Shown: positions 41,341 to 55,386, numbered from the stretch's first letter. The stretch is DNA of 64,000 bases from Bugula neritina (GCA_964035545.1 OZ037773.1:10073751-10137750); one strand, 5' to 3'. Program-made: numbers and translations. Notes: a model not told the origin generated them from the letters alone.

Positions 41341-44300
41341 AGTGCTTACACAGGTATCAAAGAACTTAACAAAGGACAAGGTCACATGACAAAAATAAAA
41401 CTAAATAATGCCAAAAGCACCAAGTCATCTCAGACAGAATATAAATTGATGATGTGTCATAACGTTGCATTCTAAGAAATATTGCTGCAATATTCAAGAA
41501 ATAAGCAAGTCATGCCACTTTGAAGAATTGATAGTAAGTAAAATATTTTTAGCAAAAAAGTTTTAATATTATAAATAATAAATTTTGAAGGTAAATGAAA
41601 TATTGTAATTGATGAAACAAATGTCGTGTGACAGTATATCAAAACAGTAATTTACAGATTATATAAAGCAGACTTCAAATCTCTTCTTTATTACTACCTG
41701 TTTGTATTTCACAGTAGAATAAATATAAGAAAGAGTATGAGTAAGTCAATTTTATGTATGAAAACTTATTTCACTTTGAAAAATTTTACACTTAGATGTT
41801 GTTAAACCTGTTATTATAGTGATTACTCATTACAGTGTTTGGTTTTGAAGATAAATTTAATGCCTTATAATTTATCTCATCATTTTAATTTAACATTTTA
41901 GATTCCAAAGTTGTTTTTGTTTTGACGCTGGCCCTATGCATCATATGTAAGTACTGATATCAAAGTTTTGCAAACAAATAGAATTATAAATTATAGTCAA
42001 TCATGATTTTTAAATGAAGGTAATATGAATTTAATTAATTTTGAAAAAGGATTGTAGTTACAGTTATCCAACCTAGTACTTTCTATGTATATGTATACAT
42101 TTGTTCAAATACTGGTAACTGTTTATTTAAATAGCATGAAGCCTAGATTGTTTTAGTTTGCATTTTATCCGTAAGTTGAGTTTTCTACAATATTCATTAG
42201 GATAAGCAAAATAGTAGAGATTGTTTTCTATAGTTCACGTCTTTTTTGATGTTAATATATGGATATATTGACATTATATACTTTAACTTTTATAGGCTCT
42301 TTGACAGAAGGGTACCGCACATACAGCAGAAGTAAGTTGTCATACTTTTAACTTGAATAACTAAAATCTATGATTGTTGTATTTACACTAGTCAATTAGC
42401 ATAGTTTAAACCTATTGTCTTATAATGTATATATAAAATAATATTATTCATGTTACTTTTAAAAAAAATGTATTATTTCAATTATTATTTGTTTGAACAA
42501 AAAAAATATTTCAATTAAATTGAAAAATTTTATGTTTATATTCATTAAAATTCAATACCTAAATATGCAGATGTAAGGATTAAAGGTTATGATGGAGAAG
42601 ATTACAACCGATCACATGGCAACTATCGTCATAGAGGTTAGTTTCTAACATATTATACACAATTATGGTGTATTTTGTTACTCTTAACTTTTATATATAG
42701 CAGTTACATCCATGTTTACTGATCGCGAATTGTGGTTATATTTCTAATCTCCAGTAATACGTGAATGGGGCCAATGGGGAGAATATGGAGCATGTAGTGT
42801 GACATGTGGTGGTGGAGAACAGAGAAGATACAGATCCTGTGAGACTAAACCTTATGGTAGATATGGAAGAGACATCAACAGATGTGTTGGAAGTAAGTAT
42901 AGCAGACGCATGTGTAACACTCAGTGCTGTGCAGGTAAACTGTTACCTCATTATTTCTACATGTATAATATGTTTATTTTATTGATTATAGGTATAATTA
43001 TACAACACATAAATCCTATTCTCTGTTACAGTCAGCAGGCAAATTTAACCAAATGAGAATGTCACCGTATTAACTTATGGTAACCTCATAAATGTAGCTT
43101 ACAATTTTTATTCATGATCACATTGAGTAAAACGAATATAATAAAAATGATATCTTTAAAACATAATATAAAATACAAAGTGCGTGACATATAGTATGGA
43201 AGATATAAAACATGCAATAAAAGATGCATGACATGTACATAATATATAATAATATGTAACAATATATTGCTGTAGTTGATGGAGTGTGGAGTGACTGGTC
43301 TAGCTGGGTGAGTAGGAAAGATGAATCTTACAAACAGATGAGGGCAAGATACTGTAGATATGAGAATCCTCACTGCCGAGGGAAACCGTGTGTTGGTGCT
43401 GACAAACAAACCCAGAGTGCTAATGGCAAAATTGAACATTATCATGGAAGACCAGGCAAAAAGTAATCTCCCATGCTATGGTGGTGCTGACAAACAAACC
43501 CAGAGTGCTTCTGGCAACACTGGAGGCAAGAAATAACCCTTCCTTCTGTGATGGTGGACAGCTGACTTCTCCTGGATTATTTTATTTTAAAATATCGCCA
43601 TGATTATATAAGGATAAAAAGTAATTTCTTCAAATGACCAATTTTCTTTAAAATGAGGATATTTTGTGTTTTGGCTGTTTTTAAATCTAAGTTTATTTCT
43701 TAAAATAAATGTTCAAAAACATACAAAGTTTAACTTACTTGTTATACTAGATTGCTTCCTCCTACATTCCAACATTAAAAAAAAATTATGTTTTATCAGT
43801 TAGCTTTTCTAGATCTTAGACAAGGATAACATACAATATAGTATCTGGATTATGTTATCAATTTTATAACTCGAGAAAAAAAAATAAAAATCATACAGCT
43901 GAGGCAGGATTATTGAGCGTAAAAACTATAATAATATGTTGTTGCTCTACAGTAGGTGAAAACAAAGCTAAATTTTTCTAATATGAGCAATTACTAAAAA
44001 AATTGTTGACAGCTTTAATTAGGCAAGTCTACTATTTTGAGTTCTTGTTTATTTTTATTTCAAACAAATTTAGACGATTAATGCCAATGACTTAGCTGTA
44101 TATAAACTGCACATGTTATTTTTGTTGTATGTTCATTATTAGTAAAAGTAATTGTAATTGCAAATCAATTCATGAAATCTCATGCAATGTAATTAGATGT
44201 CACATTTTGCAAAAAATAATATTTCTATTACTTGTTGTTTAATAAAATTACCTGTGTTGTGTAAGCTAGTATAGAGAGAGCTATTTGAATAAGCTTATTT

Positions 44301-44757
44301 ATTATATAGTATTACCTATAACTGCCTAGAACTGAAAATAGTAGTAGTGTAAACAAAGTAACTTTTTTATTTCTATGAATTAATCACCTCATTCATGTAC
44401 TTGATAACACTCACAACTAAACATAAGTTATAATTCATTGTGAAAATAAGATAAGACAGTAATAAATATAATATTGTACTGCTTGTTTAAGTTTTAAACT
44501 GATTTTGTATAAAGTACAAACCTATACAAAATCTGCATAACTTTTACAATTAATACATATGCATATATTTACAATCTATTGCACTTCTATATAGGTGTTC
44601 AATTATTCTAAAATATTAAAACAGCTTTCAAAGTAGTTTTGTAAAAAAACTATAAAATCACGCTAGCTGTAAAAACATACCAATTGTAGTTGATTGCCTA
44701 TATTTTCAGAAGCTTTGTATTTTGATGTAACTATAGTATAATATATAACTTACCCAT
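40012..44757 (-). pseudogene. Two-TSR gene B1: exons 3-5 intact, signal-peptide exon missing, interrupted by opposite-strand gene C1
   Basis: Exons 41088-41014, 40641-40459 and 40211-40012 are near-identical to B2. Homology to B2 stops at about 41340 and resumes at about 44340-44790, which includes the ATG-G exon at 44757-44754. No counterpart of B2 exon 2 was found. Confidence 0.7.
41737..43466 (+). CDS. Small secreted two-TSR protein, subfamily C copy C1, about 173 aa
   Basis: Exons 41737-41740, 41902-41946 (NSKVVFVLTLALCII), 42296-42331 (CSLTEGYRTYSR), 42571-42636 (NVRIKGYDGEDYNRSHGNYRHR), 42755-42934 (TSR1 ..CNTQCCA), 43276-43466 (TSR2 ..HGRPGKK*). TATATAAA at about 41660, AATAAA at about 43705. 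Confidence 0.88.
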
Positions 44758-45483
44758 GCTGTGCTCGTTCTGTGGTATAGTTTGACTAAGTACCATATCA
44801 GTAAAACTCACACACATATAACATGTTTCTTTGACAATTATTATTTTAGCTTTGACCATTGAGCTACCATCATCATTGCTAAGAAATACGTATTTATATC
44901 TAAACAAAAATACTATAACATATTACGAGTACAATATTACATTACACTGATGTAATGGTGTAGTATATTGACCAGTAATTGGCATATATATCACCTGAAC
45001 ACTCAAAATAAATATTCAACAAAGAAGAAAATATTGAAAAGTAGTTAAATAATTAATTTATTGTTATTAGTATTTTTCATTTTAATTTGCCACATATAGG
45101 CAGTCACCAAACAAAATGCAGATACATGCGTGTATTTAAAACATACAGCCTATAAAGAGCTTCACAAATATAGTTGTTTTTAAGCATTCAATATAAGTTG
45201 CAGTGTAATAAGTTTATTTTATTTACTGTGCAATTAAATCATCATAGTAATACTATCCATCAGGAAATTTGGCATTTAAATTATTATACTCAAAATTACT
45301 GGAAAAACAAATAAATCGCTGAGAATAACGTAAACATATTTGTATAGGACGTTTTATTTGAAGCTAAATAGATAGGGTGATGTAATTTTATTTGAGTGCG
45401 TCTAGCTTATTGACCAGAGCTCAAATAAATTGTTTATATTATTTAGATTATTTAAATTTTACCTACTAACCCATTGATGTTGC

Positions 45484-45621
<138 letters not shown>

Positions 45622-46059
45622 TCAGTTTACTTCATTTAGTACACACCAGCAACTTATGACCTAACATTAAAGTTTGCTCAAAATCAATTGAAATTTACTA
45701 TACATGCTATTTTTATGTGCTGGTTGTAACTAGGCATAACAGAAAAGGCTGGAAGGGGATTCCCCAACATTGAAGCACAGGTCATTGTCATATGCACTTA
45801 ATATTCTATATGTGCTACCATTACGAAAAAACCGTAACGGTCCGTAACCAAAACTAGCTGAATAATTAGGGAAAAACATAGGAGATGAAGCAAAATTAAA
45901 AAGAACTTTGATTATATAGGTGTATTTATTGGTGTTTTACTAGTTTTTGGCCAAAATACCATGTTCATTACCAGCTAAATTGTGAAAAATAGCCAAAAAC
46001 TGAAGGTATTCAGTGTGTACTAAATTAAGTAAAATGACCCATATATATATATATTTAAA

Positions 46060-46635
46060 TATATCTTTACGAGCTAGCAATTTAATTATAAATAGGTATA
46101 CGAGAAACATTGTTGATTTATTACTTTATTATAGGTAAAATAATTTTACTAATATTTCGGGTACCACTGTACCCATCTTCAGAGTAGCAATGAATGAAAT
46201 TCAAAAATTATTATGTTACGTTAGACGTTATGCATGACACAAAGAATAGAGAGTGGCAGTTATTGTAAATTATTGAAACTTAGGGAGATAATCTTATTTT
46301 ATATATTACGCAGGTCAAAAATTAATTATACTGATTGTTTTGCATAAAGAATAAATTAGAGTTGACAAAAAAAAATATAGATATCCAAGTATAAATAGCA
46401 AGAATTAGTGAAACTATGCGAGAGTTGAGTAGTGTGGAGCTATTGATATAGTTTTAGTGGTATGGAGTAATTTTGTTTATTAAGTTGCGGTTTTATTTGT
46501 TTAATGTAGAGAGCTTCGGCTACTTTTCGATGGTGGATTCCTTTAAATGAATGATTTAAAACTGTTACATTGTCTATTGATATGTTTCCATGATTAGTGG
46601 TGGAAGAGTGTTGATAAATTTTGGAATTGATGTCA
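46060..46635 (-). mobile_element. 5'-truncated Penelope-like element (GIY-YIG endonuclease C-terminus plus 3' terminal region)
   Basis: The peptide SKIYQH..NH..DNVTVL..RKVAEALYIKQIKPQLN (about 46625-46440) resembles the GIY-YIG C-terminus of PLE polyproteins. It is followed by a hammerhead motif and AATAAA, and the fragment is bounded by (TA)n. Confidence 0.8.
46147..46186 (-). ncRNA. Minimal type I hammerhead ribozyme motif
   Basis: UACU-CUGAAGA-U-GGGUAC-AGUG-GUACCC-GAAA-UA-UU-AGUA: conserved core, 6-bp stem II, palindromic mini stem III, AUU cleavage triplet, 4-bp stem I. Confidence 0.75.
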
Positions 46636-47444
46636 TATATATATATATATATATCAACCAAACTGTCAGCACCATGTATAAAATGCAGCCAGGAATATGA
46701 ATTTGCTAGACTTCAATTGACTCAGACTGCAATAAATGTATCACTTATAGCAACTTTGTTTTTATATTTTTCATATTATTCAGAAGACTTTGAAAAAAAT
46801 TGTTTCTGCAATATTGTCAGGGTATTGATTATAAATGGTGTTAAGTTTACAAATAAAACTAGACATATGCAGAAGTGATTTTGATTGGTCAGTATAAAAT
46901 AAATTATAATCCTTACAGATAACTAATGATATGGTTTGTTTGTTTAATAACTTTGAGAATTTCAGACTTTTAATTTAATTATAACACTTTAGAAGTTTAT
47001 TGGAGAAAATGTAATAAAACACAGCATAAAACAGTACTCAAAAACATTAAAAGTTCCAATACAATAACATCTTAGTTCTACATTACACGAATAAAACCTG
47101 TTATGTTTTATACAGTCTCTCCTTTTTTTTCTTTCTGATTATTGTGCTAGGAGAGTTATAGAGGCCATATTTATGACACTCTATGACTTTGCTAATTAGT
47201 TTTCTGTTGAGTTGAGGTGTAAACTCTTTACAGATACATCTTATTCTTGTTTATGATTATGAGGAGCTGAAATATAAATAGAACCCTGTATAGTGAAATG
47301 TATTTTATAATTAGCAAATATTGATGAAGTGTCGTATATATATGAATCATACAGACTGGTGTCTGCTTTATATAATTTCTGATTTTAAGACTTACTTTGT
47401 AAATATTATATAACACAATCATTTCTCACAGTAATTGTACTGGG

Positions 47445-48633
47445 TTACCATGTTTCTATACCTGGGCAGTATTGCTGGTTACACCTGCGTTTGCTATAGT
47501 TACTTCCAACACATCTGTTGATGTCTCTTCCATGTCCACCAGAAGATTTAGTCTCACAGGATCTGTATCTTCTCTGTTCTCCACCACCACATGTCACACT
47601 ACATGCTCCATACTTTCCCCATTGACCCCATTCACGTATTACTGTAGATTAGAAACATCAGCACAACTCAAACAGAGTAAATATAATATGAATAAATTAC
47701 CACCATGAAAGTGAAGAGTAACAATATACACAATTATTAGGTAAAAGCACAGAAACTCATGTCTGTGATGATACTTACCATGTGGTCTACGGTGATGTTT
47801 CTTGCCATGAACTTTAGCCGTCATATCTGAACATTTAAATATTAAATTTATATAAACTTAAACATATCTTTGTTATTTAATTAGAAAACATTTTTGTTGA
47901 AACGAATAACGATTGAAAAAAATACTTTTTTTAATACCAAGATTGATATTTATATATGCATAAGACAACAGGTGTAAACTTGGCTACTTGGCAAGTGTGA
48001 ATATGACACTTCTAGAGCAATATTTAGGAGGAAGACAACTTACCACAATTCATTCTACGGCTACAATACCCTTCTGCCAAAGAGCCTGAAAGTTTAAATA
48101 AATTATGTGTGAATATATTTATATATAGATATAATAAAAAACAACTAGAAAATGTTTGTAGTACTTTGTTCATTTCAAAAGATATAACTCAAATATACAA
48201 TATGCAGTGGTATTTGAGATAACATAGGCTTCACTTATTTAAATAAACAAAGTAGTGTTTAAAAACAGCATATACAGAAAGTATTCGGTTGGATAACTGT
48301 AGCCAAAATACTGTTTTTAAAATAAACAATATATCACTTTGTATAAATATTAGTGTCATTTAAAATATATTCTATCTGTTTGCAAAACTTTAATATGTCA
48401 GTATACTTACATATGCATAAAGCCAGCGCCAAAAATAAAACAACTCTGGTATCTAAAAAATTAATAGAAAATTAGGGAAAACAATATAAATGATTGAGTT
48501 TATTTACAAAACAACACACTGTAATGAGTAATTACTTTTACAGTTGTTATAACAACAACATTTAACAAAAACAGGTTCCTAACTTTTAGTGTAAAATGAG
48601 CTTTCATGCAAGCTATAAAACTGACTTACCCAT
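47445..48633 (-). CDS. Small secreted single-TSR protein, subfamily C copy C2, about 110 aa
   Basis: Exons 48633-48630, 48452-48411 (DTRVVLFLALALCI), 48085-48044 (CSLAEGYCSRRMNC), 47826-47779 (DMTAKVHGKKHHRRPH), 47641-47445 (..RRCNQQYCPGIETW*). No TSR2 exon is visible downstream. Confidence 0.8.
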
Positions 48634-51600
48634 TCTTCTCGTCAAAATATATATTCTACTGTGAAATACTAACAGGTAATAATAAAGAAGAGATTTGAAG
48701 CCAGCTTTATATACCCTGTAAATTACTGTTTTGATATACTGGCACACGACATTTGTTTCATCAATTACAATATTTCATTTACCTTCAGAATTTATTATTT
48801 ATGTTTATTGCCAATAAATGGGAAGTGATTCAGCTATTTGAATCATTTTTATAAGATTTAATCAACTTGGATGCTTGATTTATTTATATGCCAAAAAATC
48901 AAAGCAATTAATTAATTATAATTTATAAGAAGTACAGAAATGGGGTTGTTTACCTAATAAAAGCTTTAGACATTATTCTATATCACATCTTCAGAAAATT
49001 TATATGTAACTACTCAAATTTAGGTTTATCCAAATTGCTTTATTGCTTTTACTGCAAGACTCATGTAATCAGCTTGACTCAACGTGCTGAATGTAATCGC
49101 AGTATTTGATTTATAAATATGGGATCGTTGTACCGGAAAAATTTTGTCAAATGGTGTGCCTTTGCATAAACTGTGAGTTTTTGCTCTAATATATTTTGCT
49201 GTTTATATAATGTTTTACAGTTTATAACTAAAAAGATATTGAGCACACAAAATTAACCTAAATAGAAAGATATGTTTTGGTTCAGCAACTTATAGACAGA
49301 ATTATTTTATTAGCAGTTAATTAAAACTACAAAACAATTGATTTGATTATATTTTTATGTGGAATATTAAACTTATTTGTTGATGTCATATGCTAGAATA
49401 TACATCATGTAACCAACCTGTTCAATACAGTTTATCTTAAAAAACAACTGACAATATAATCAAGTATTTATCTGATTATTTTCACTATTTGTGATATCTG
49501 GATCAAACCAGTTATTTACTAAGTCATTGACCTTTGAATTGACATTTGAAGTGTGGTTATATTAAAACTTTTTTGCTAAAAATATTTTACTTACTATCAA
49601 TTCTTCAAAGTGGCATGACTTGCTTATTTCTTGAATATTGCAGCAATATTTCTTATAATGCAACGTTATGACACATCATCAATCTATATTCTGTCTGAGA
49701 TGACTTGGTGCTTTTAGCATTATTTAGTTTTATTATTGTCATGTGACCTTGTCCTTTGTTAAGTTCTTTGATACCAATAAACTATGCTTATTAATACGTT
49801 AATTCAAAGCTTGGACCGAATAATTTTATCAACAGTTACTTAAAACTGCAAAACAACTGACTATTATCCTTGTATGGGGAACATATTAAACTCATTTGTT
49901 GATGTATTATGCTAGAATATACATCACGTATTAGAAATTTGTTTATTACACTTTAACGTAAAGAACAATTTTCTTAGTAGCTTGGTATAGTCAAAATTAG
50001 TCCTAGAACAATTGTTATCCAACGGTCACATGTTATAGTGCTATTCAGCTAATGTGCATATATACCAAGTGAAATGACATCTTAGATCATTGTGATATGG
50101 TGATTTTAAGTGACTATAATATAATAAAGTATATATCTGATTATTTTCACCATTTATGATATCTATAGATCAAACCAGTTTTAATTGACATTTGAAATGT
50201 GAAAGGCTGATGGCTCAGTAATAAAATATTTCAAATTCTTCAGCAAACTAAAACAGGTAAATGTAGCCTTAAATAAAGCTGTGAGTGACAAACAACCTAA
50301 TTTTGAGGCATAAAATAGTACATTCAGAGCAAAAATAACTCTCATCTGTACTTTTCCGATTATATTTTGATTGATATTCCTCTATAATCGCTTTATTGCT
50401 TTGAAATTCTGACATATAAATAAATCAATGGTTCAACTTATTTTCGTACAAAAATGGTTCAAATTGCTGAATCACTTGTCATTTATTGGCAATAAATTTA
50501 AATAATAAATTGTGAAATGAGATCTCGTAATTTATGAGAAAATAGTTGTGTGACAGCATATCAAAACAGCAATTTACAGAGTATATAAAGCTGACTTCAA
50601 ATATCTTCTTTATTATCTATCAGTATACTTCACAGTAGAATAACTAAAATAAGAAGAAGAATGGGTAAGTCAATTTTATGCATGGAGACTTATTTTGCTT
50701 TGAAAATCTTTTACATTTATATGTTGGTAAACCTTTTATAGTTATTATATACCCATTCTAGTGGTTTGTTCTTAAAATAAATTAATTGTCTTATGTTATT
50801 GTTTCTCCTAATTTTACTTCAATATTTTAGATACCAGAGTTGTTTTATTTTTGGCGCTGGCTTTATGCATATGTAAGTACTGACATATTAAAGTTTTGTA
50901 AGGAAATAGAATAGTTTTTATATAGCCAGTAGGTAATCAATTTAAAGAGAAAATTATATTTTTATTGGGTTTAAAAAGTCTTGTTGCTACAGTTGTCCAA
51001 CCTGATGCTTTCTATATAATTTATGTTTGTTGAAACACTACTTTGTTTATTTAAATAAGTGAAGCCTATGTTATCTCAAATACCACTGCATTGTATATTT
51101 GAGTTATATCTTTTGAAATGAACAAAATACTACAAACATTTTCTAGTTGTTTTTTATTATATCTATATATAAATATATTCACACATAATTTATTTAAACT
51201 TTCAGGCTCTTTGGCAGAAGGGTATTGTAGCCGTAGAATGAATTGTGGTAAGTTGTCTTCCTCCTAAATATTGTTCTAGAAGTGTCATATTCACACTTGC
51301 CAAGTAGCCAAGTTTACACCTTTGTCTTATGCATATATAAATATCAATCCTGGTATTTAAAAAAGTATTTTTTTCAATCGTCATTCGTTTCAACAAAAAT
51401 GTTTTCTAATTAAATAACAAAGATATGTTTAGGTTTATATAAATTTATTATTTAAATGTTCAGATATGACGGCTAAAGTTCATGGCAAGGAACATCACCG
51501 TAGACCACATGGTAAGTATCATCACAGACATGAGTTTCTGTGCTTTTACTTAATAATTGTGTATATTGTTACTCTTCACTTTCATGGTAGTAATTTATTC

Positions 51601-51770
51601 ATATTATATTTACTCTGTTTGAGTTGTGCTGATATTTCTAATCTACAGTAATACGTGAATGGGGTCAATGGGGAAAGTATGGAGCATGCAGTGTGACATG
51701 TGGTGGTGGAGAACAGAGAAGATACAGATCCTGTGAGACTAAACCTTATGGTAGATATGGAAGAGACATT
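47530..51770. repeat. Large inverted duplication (arms about 47530-48900 and 50420-51770) placing C2 and C3 head-to-head
   Basis: Exons 2-5 and introns 2-4 are near-identical reverse complements, with a spacer of about 1.5 kb. Confidence 0.9.
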
Positions 51771-52428
51771 AACAGATGTGTTGGAAGTAGCTATAGCAAA
51801 CGCATGTGTAACACTCAGTGCTGTGCAGGTAAAATCTTAAACCTCATTATGTAATATATATTTGTAAAAACGTTTTTGTAAAAAATATACTTATTTAAGA
51901 ATGTATTATTATAGAGCTGTATGGGAGGCTATTTAGCACCTATAATATATAAAAAATAAAATAATGCTAAATGCAGGTAATAATAAACTCATAGCTTTAG
52001 TTAATTACAACTTTTATTGTCAACATATACGTTATAAATTTTTAATACTTCAAGTTCTTATAAAAATAGTTTTCAAATGAGAATTTAAACTTAAATAGTG
52101 CCTATATAGCAATATAATATATTATAACAGTAAATATAATACATAATACACTGTTATGTTGGAAGATTTACAATTTAAAAAGTTACAAGTTGTACTTGAA
52201 CGTATCTGCTACTATGTAAACAAAGTAAGTTTGTTGTGAAATGCTGTAGTTGATGGAGTGTGGAGCCACTGGGAGATAGGAAGGGGTTAGTCGAACAGAC
52301 AAGTGCTACAAGCAGATGAGGACAATATACTGTAGATATGAGAATCATCACTGCCGAGGGAAACTGACAAACAAACCCAGAGTTATAATGGTAGCGTTAG
52401 AGATTACAATTTTCCTGGCAAAGATTAG
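50661..52428 (+). pseudogene. Subfamily C copy C3: exons 1-5 intact, TSR2 exon disabled
   Basis: Exons 50661-50664, 50831-50872, 51206-51247, 51464-51511, 51649-51828. The last exon, from 52250, has an in-frame TAG at 52288-52290, a frameshift, and a deletion of the codons for PCVG at about 52364. Confidence 0.75.
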
Positions 52429-53767
52429 TATAATGTCTTCATTTGTGATGCTGTAGACGACCGAAAACATTTTGCATAAACAAGAGTGACTTTTGCTGAA
52501 ATATTTTGTTCTAAATTGCACCAGTTCTATAAAAACTAAATAATTGCTGGTCTCATTTAAATAGGAGTTGTTTTTGTGTTTTGCTGTTTTTAAATGTAAA
52601 TTTATTTTACAAAATAAATGCTCAGGAACATAAAGTTTGACTCACTTGTTATTCTAGATTGTCGAGGAGGGAGGGGGGGGGCTGACCCCTCTCCTGTATC
52701 TCAACACTAATAAAATGTACATTTTCTCAATTAGTTTTGCTACAATTAGTGTGTGTATTTTTTTCATATTTAAAATTTTTAAGTTATTTGTTGATGTCAT
52801 ATGCTAGAATATACATCCTGTAACCAACCTGTTCAATACAGTTTATTGTAAAAAAACAACTGACAATATAATCAAGTATTTATCTGATTATTTCAAACTA
52901 TTTGCTATAAAAAATAATTACTCTTCAAATTTCAGATAATATAAAATAAAATATCTAAGAGAAAGTAATTATACATATTATGCATATAATTTGCTGTTTC
53001 AGTTTTGCAGACATAATTGTTAAAGTGTATTTGCATAAAATACCTGTGTAAAAATTACCAATTTCTAATTCTAAAGCTTCTCAGTTAAACTTTGAAGTTT
53101 TATTATATACTTAGCTCACAGTAAAAGTGTTATGTGCAATTAAATTAATTAATCATATTATACAGTATACTTATGTTCATGAATGATGATGCAGTAATAA
53201 AATTTCAAATTCTTTAGCAACCTAAAACAGGTAAATGTAGCTTTTAATGAAGCTGTGCATGACAGACAACCTCATTTTGAGAAGTAGAACAATACATATT
53301 CTTAGCAAAATTAATAATTTGATATTTTGAAATAAAGTTGCAATGCAAAATTATTGAAGAGCTTTTATATACAACTTGGGCAGTTAGATGTAATTCTCTT
53401 ATAGATGTGATGTAGCCCAGTGTCCAGCTATAACGAGGTGAAGGACCCTTTTTAATCCTTTGATTTCATGCACTTAGATGGACATTTCTCATCACTTTAT
53501 TGCTTTAAAATTATGACATATAAATAAATCAAACCTTCAACTTGTTTTCATATCAACATGGTTCAAAGAGCTTAATTACTTCCCATTTATTGGCAATAAA
53601 TATAAATAATAAATTCTGAAGGTAAATGAAATATTGTAATTGATGATACAAAGGTTGTGTGACAGCATATAAAAACAGTGATTAACAGAGTATACTAAGA
53701 CTACTTCAAATCTCTTCTTCATTATTACCTGTTTGTACTTCACAGTAAAATAAATATAGGAAGGAGA

Positions 53768-54001
53768 ATGGGTAAGTCAATTTTATGCATGGAAACTTAC
53801 TTTATTTTGAAAATCTTTTGATATGTTAACAAACTTGTTTTTATTAAATGTTTGCTATAAAAACTATATAAAACCTTTTGTTTATTATAGTGTTTTGTTT
53901 ATAAATGAATTGAATGCCTTATAAATATTGTATCTCCTAATTTTAATTTAACTTTTTAGATTCCAGGGTTGTTTTGTTTTTGACACTGGCTTTATACATA
54001 T
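53768..54001 (+). pseudogene. Truncated subfamily C copy (promoter, ATG exon and signal-peptide exon only)
   Basis: ATG-G|GTAAGT at 53768-53771; exon 53960-54001 (DSRVVLFLTLALYI). Homology to C1 ends at about 54155, just before the duplicated B block. Confidence 0.75.
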
Positions 54002-55386
54002 GTAAGTACTAATATCAAAGTTTTGCAAACAAATAGAATATACTTTTTTGTCAAGAATGATTTTTAAATTAAGGTAATATAAATTTAATTGATTTTTAAA
54101 AAATACAGTTTCTAAATTTATCTAATCTAATGCTTTCAATATATACATTAAATTCAAATTATAATACTGCTAATTGTGTATTTAAATTGTATGTTAACGC
54201 AGCCTGAGGGACGTTTACAACCTGCATGAATGAAGACAGAGAGCTCTGGGATATGAATAGCATCTGGCCGAGAAATATGCCACAAACTATTATATCATAG
54301 TTTATGGCAAGCTGCATATTATTTAAGAAGATATGAGACACAGAATGTTCTAGTCAAAGAGCCATAATGTCCTAAGAAAGTGACCTTCAAAATTATATAG
54401 GTCGTTTTCCCAAAGTGTTTGCCTCAACTTGTTAAGTCATTTGTCAATCAATGAAGCCAAAATTCATATCAAATCACTATATAAGTATTAATTTGCATGG
54501 CTAAGCAACTTAAATGTAAAAATTGACTTATTGGCATATGTGTTCATATAATCTCTATCTCCTTATATAATTTATTAATTACTAAGAACTTTTTTAATTT
54601 TTTGATGTGATAGAGTTAGCATGAGTAAGCAGAAATTTTACAAAAACACTGTGAAATTGGGAAACCATTTATTCTGATAATAGCTTCATGACTAAATGCT
54701 ATTTTTGATGTTATCTATTGACCTTTAATTACCCTAGACTCCAAAACCTAAACTTTTACTATTCATAAAACTATTACATGATTATAGAGAATTAAAAAAA
54801 GTAAATACTTTTATATAATTACTCTATTTTTTAAATTCAATTTTAATTATTGAGCTTAAAAACATACATTAAATGTTACTTGAGAATATAGTTTGAATAT
54901 GTTAACTTCTTTGTACTTAGCAGCACACAGCTTGGTAAGCTCATCTGTTGTATTTAATAATCTAATCATAGGTGGTTCTTTAGATCAATATATTGCATTA
55001 CCTTTATTCATTGTGAGAGCTGTTTGTGTTGAGTTTTGTCTCATTAGCTTGACTGTTTCTTATTTAGTTTGAGTACAGTTATCATCAGAATCAGAATGTT
55101 TAGAGCTACTTGACTAATCTGATTGTTGCATGTTAGTTTTTGTATTTTTTTATATAAAATTAATTTATATATTAATTGCTCATGTTTTATTAAAGAAAAA
55201 AAAATTAAACAAATTTTAACAAAAAGTGAAACGAAAACATCATATTATGTAAGTTAGGCAATTGAAAAACAACAATTTGTATACTTACAACATGTAACTA
55301 GCAGTAACTGAACAATATATCAGGCATCCAACTAAATTGTTTAGCACTTATAATTGCAAACAAATGAACAGGGTATAGCAGGTGGC

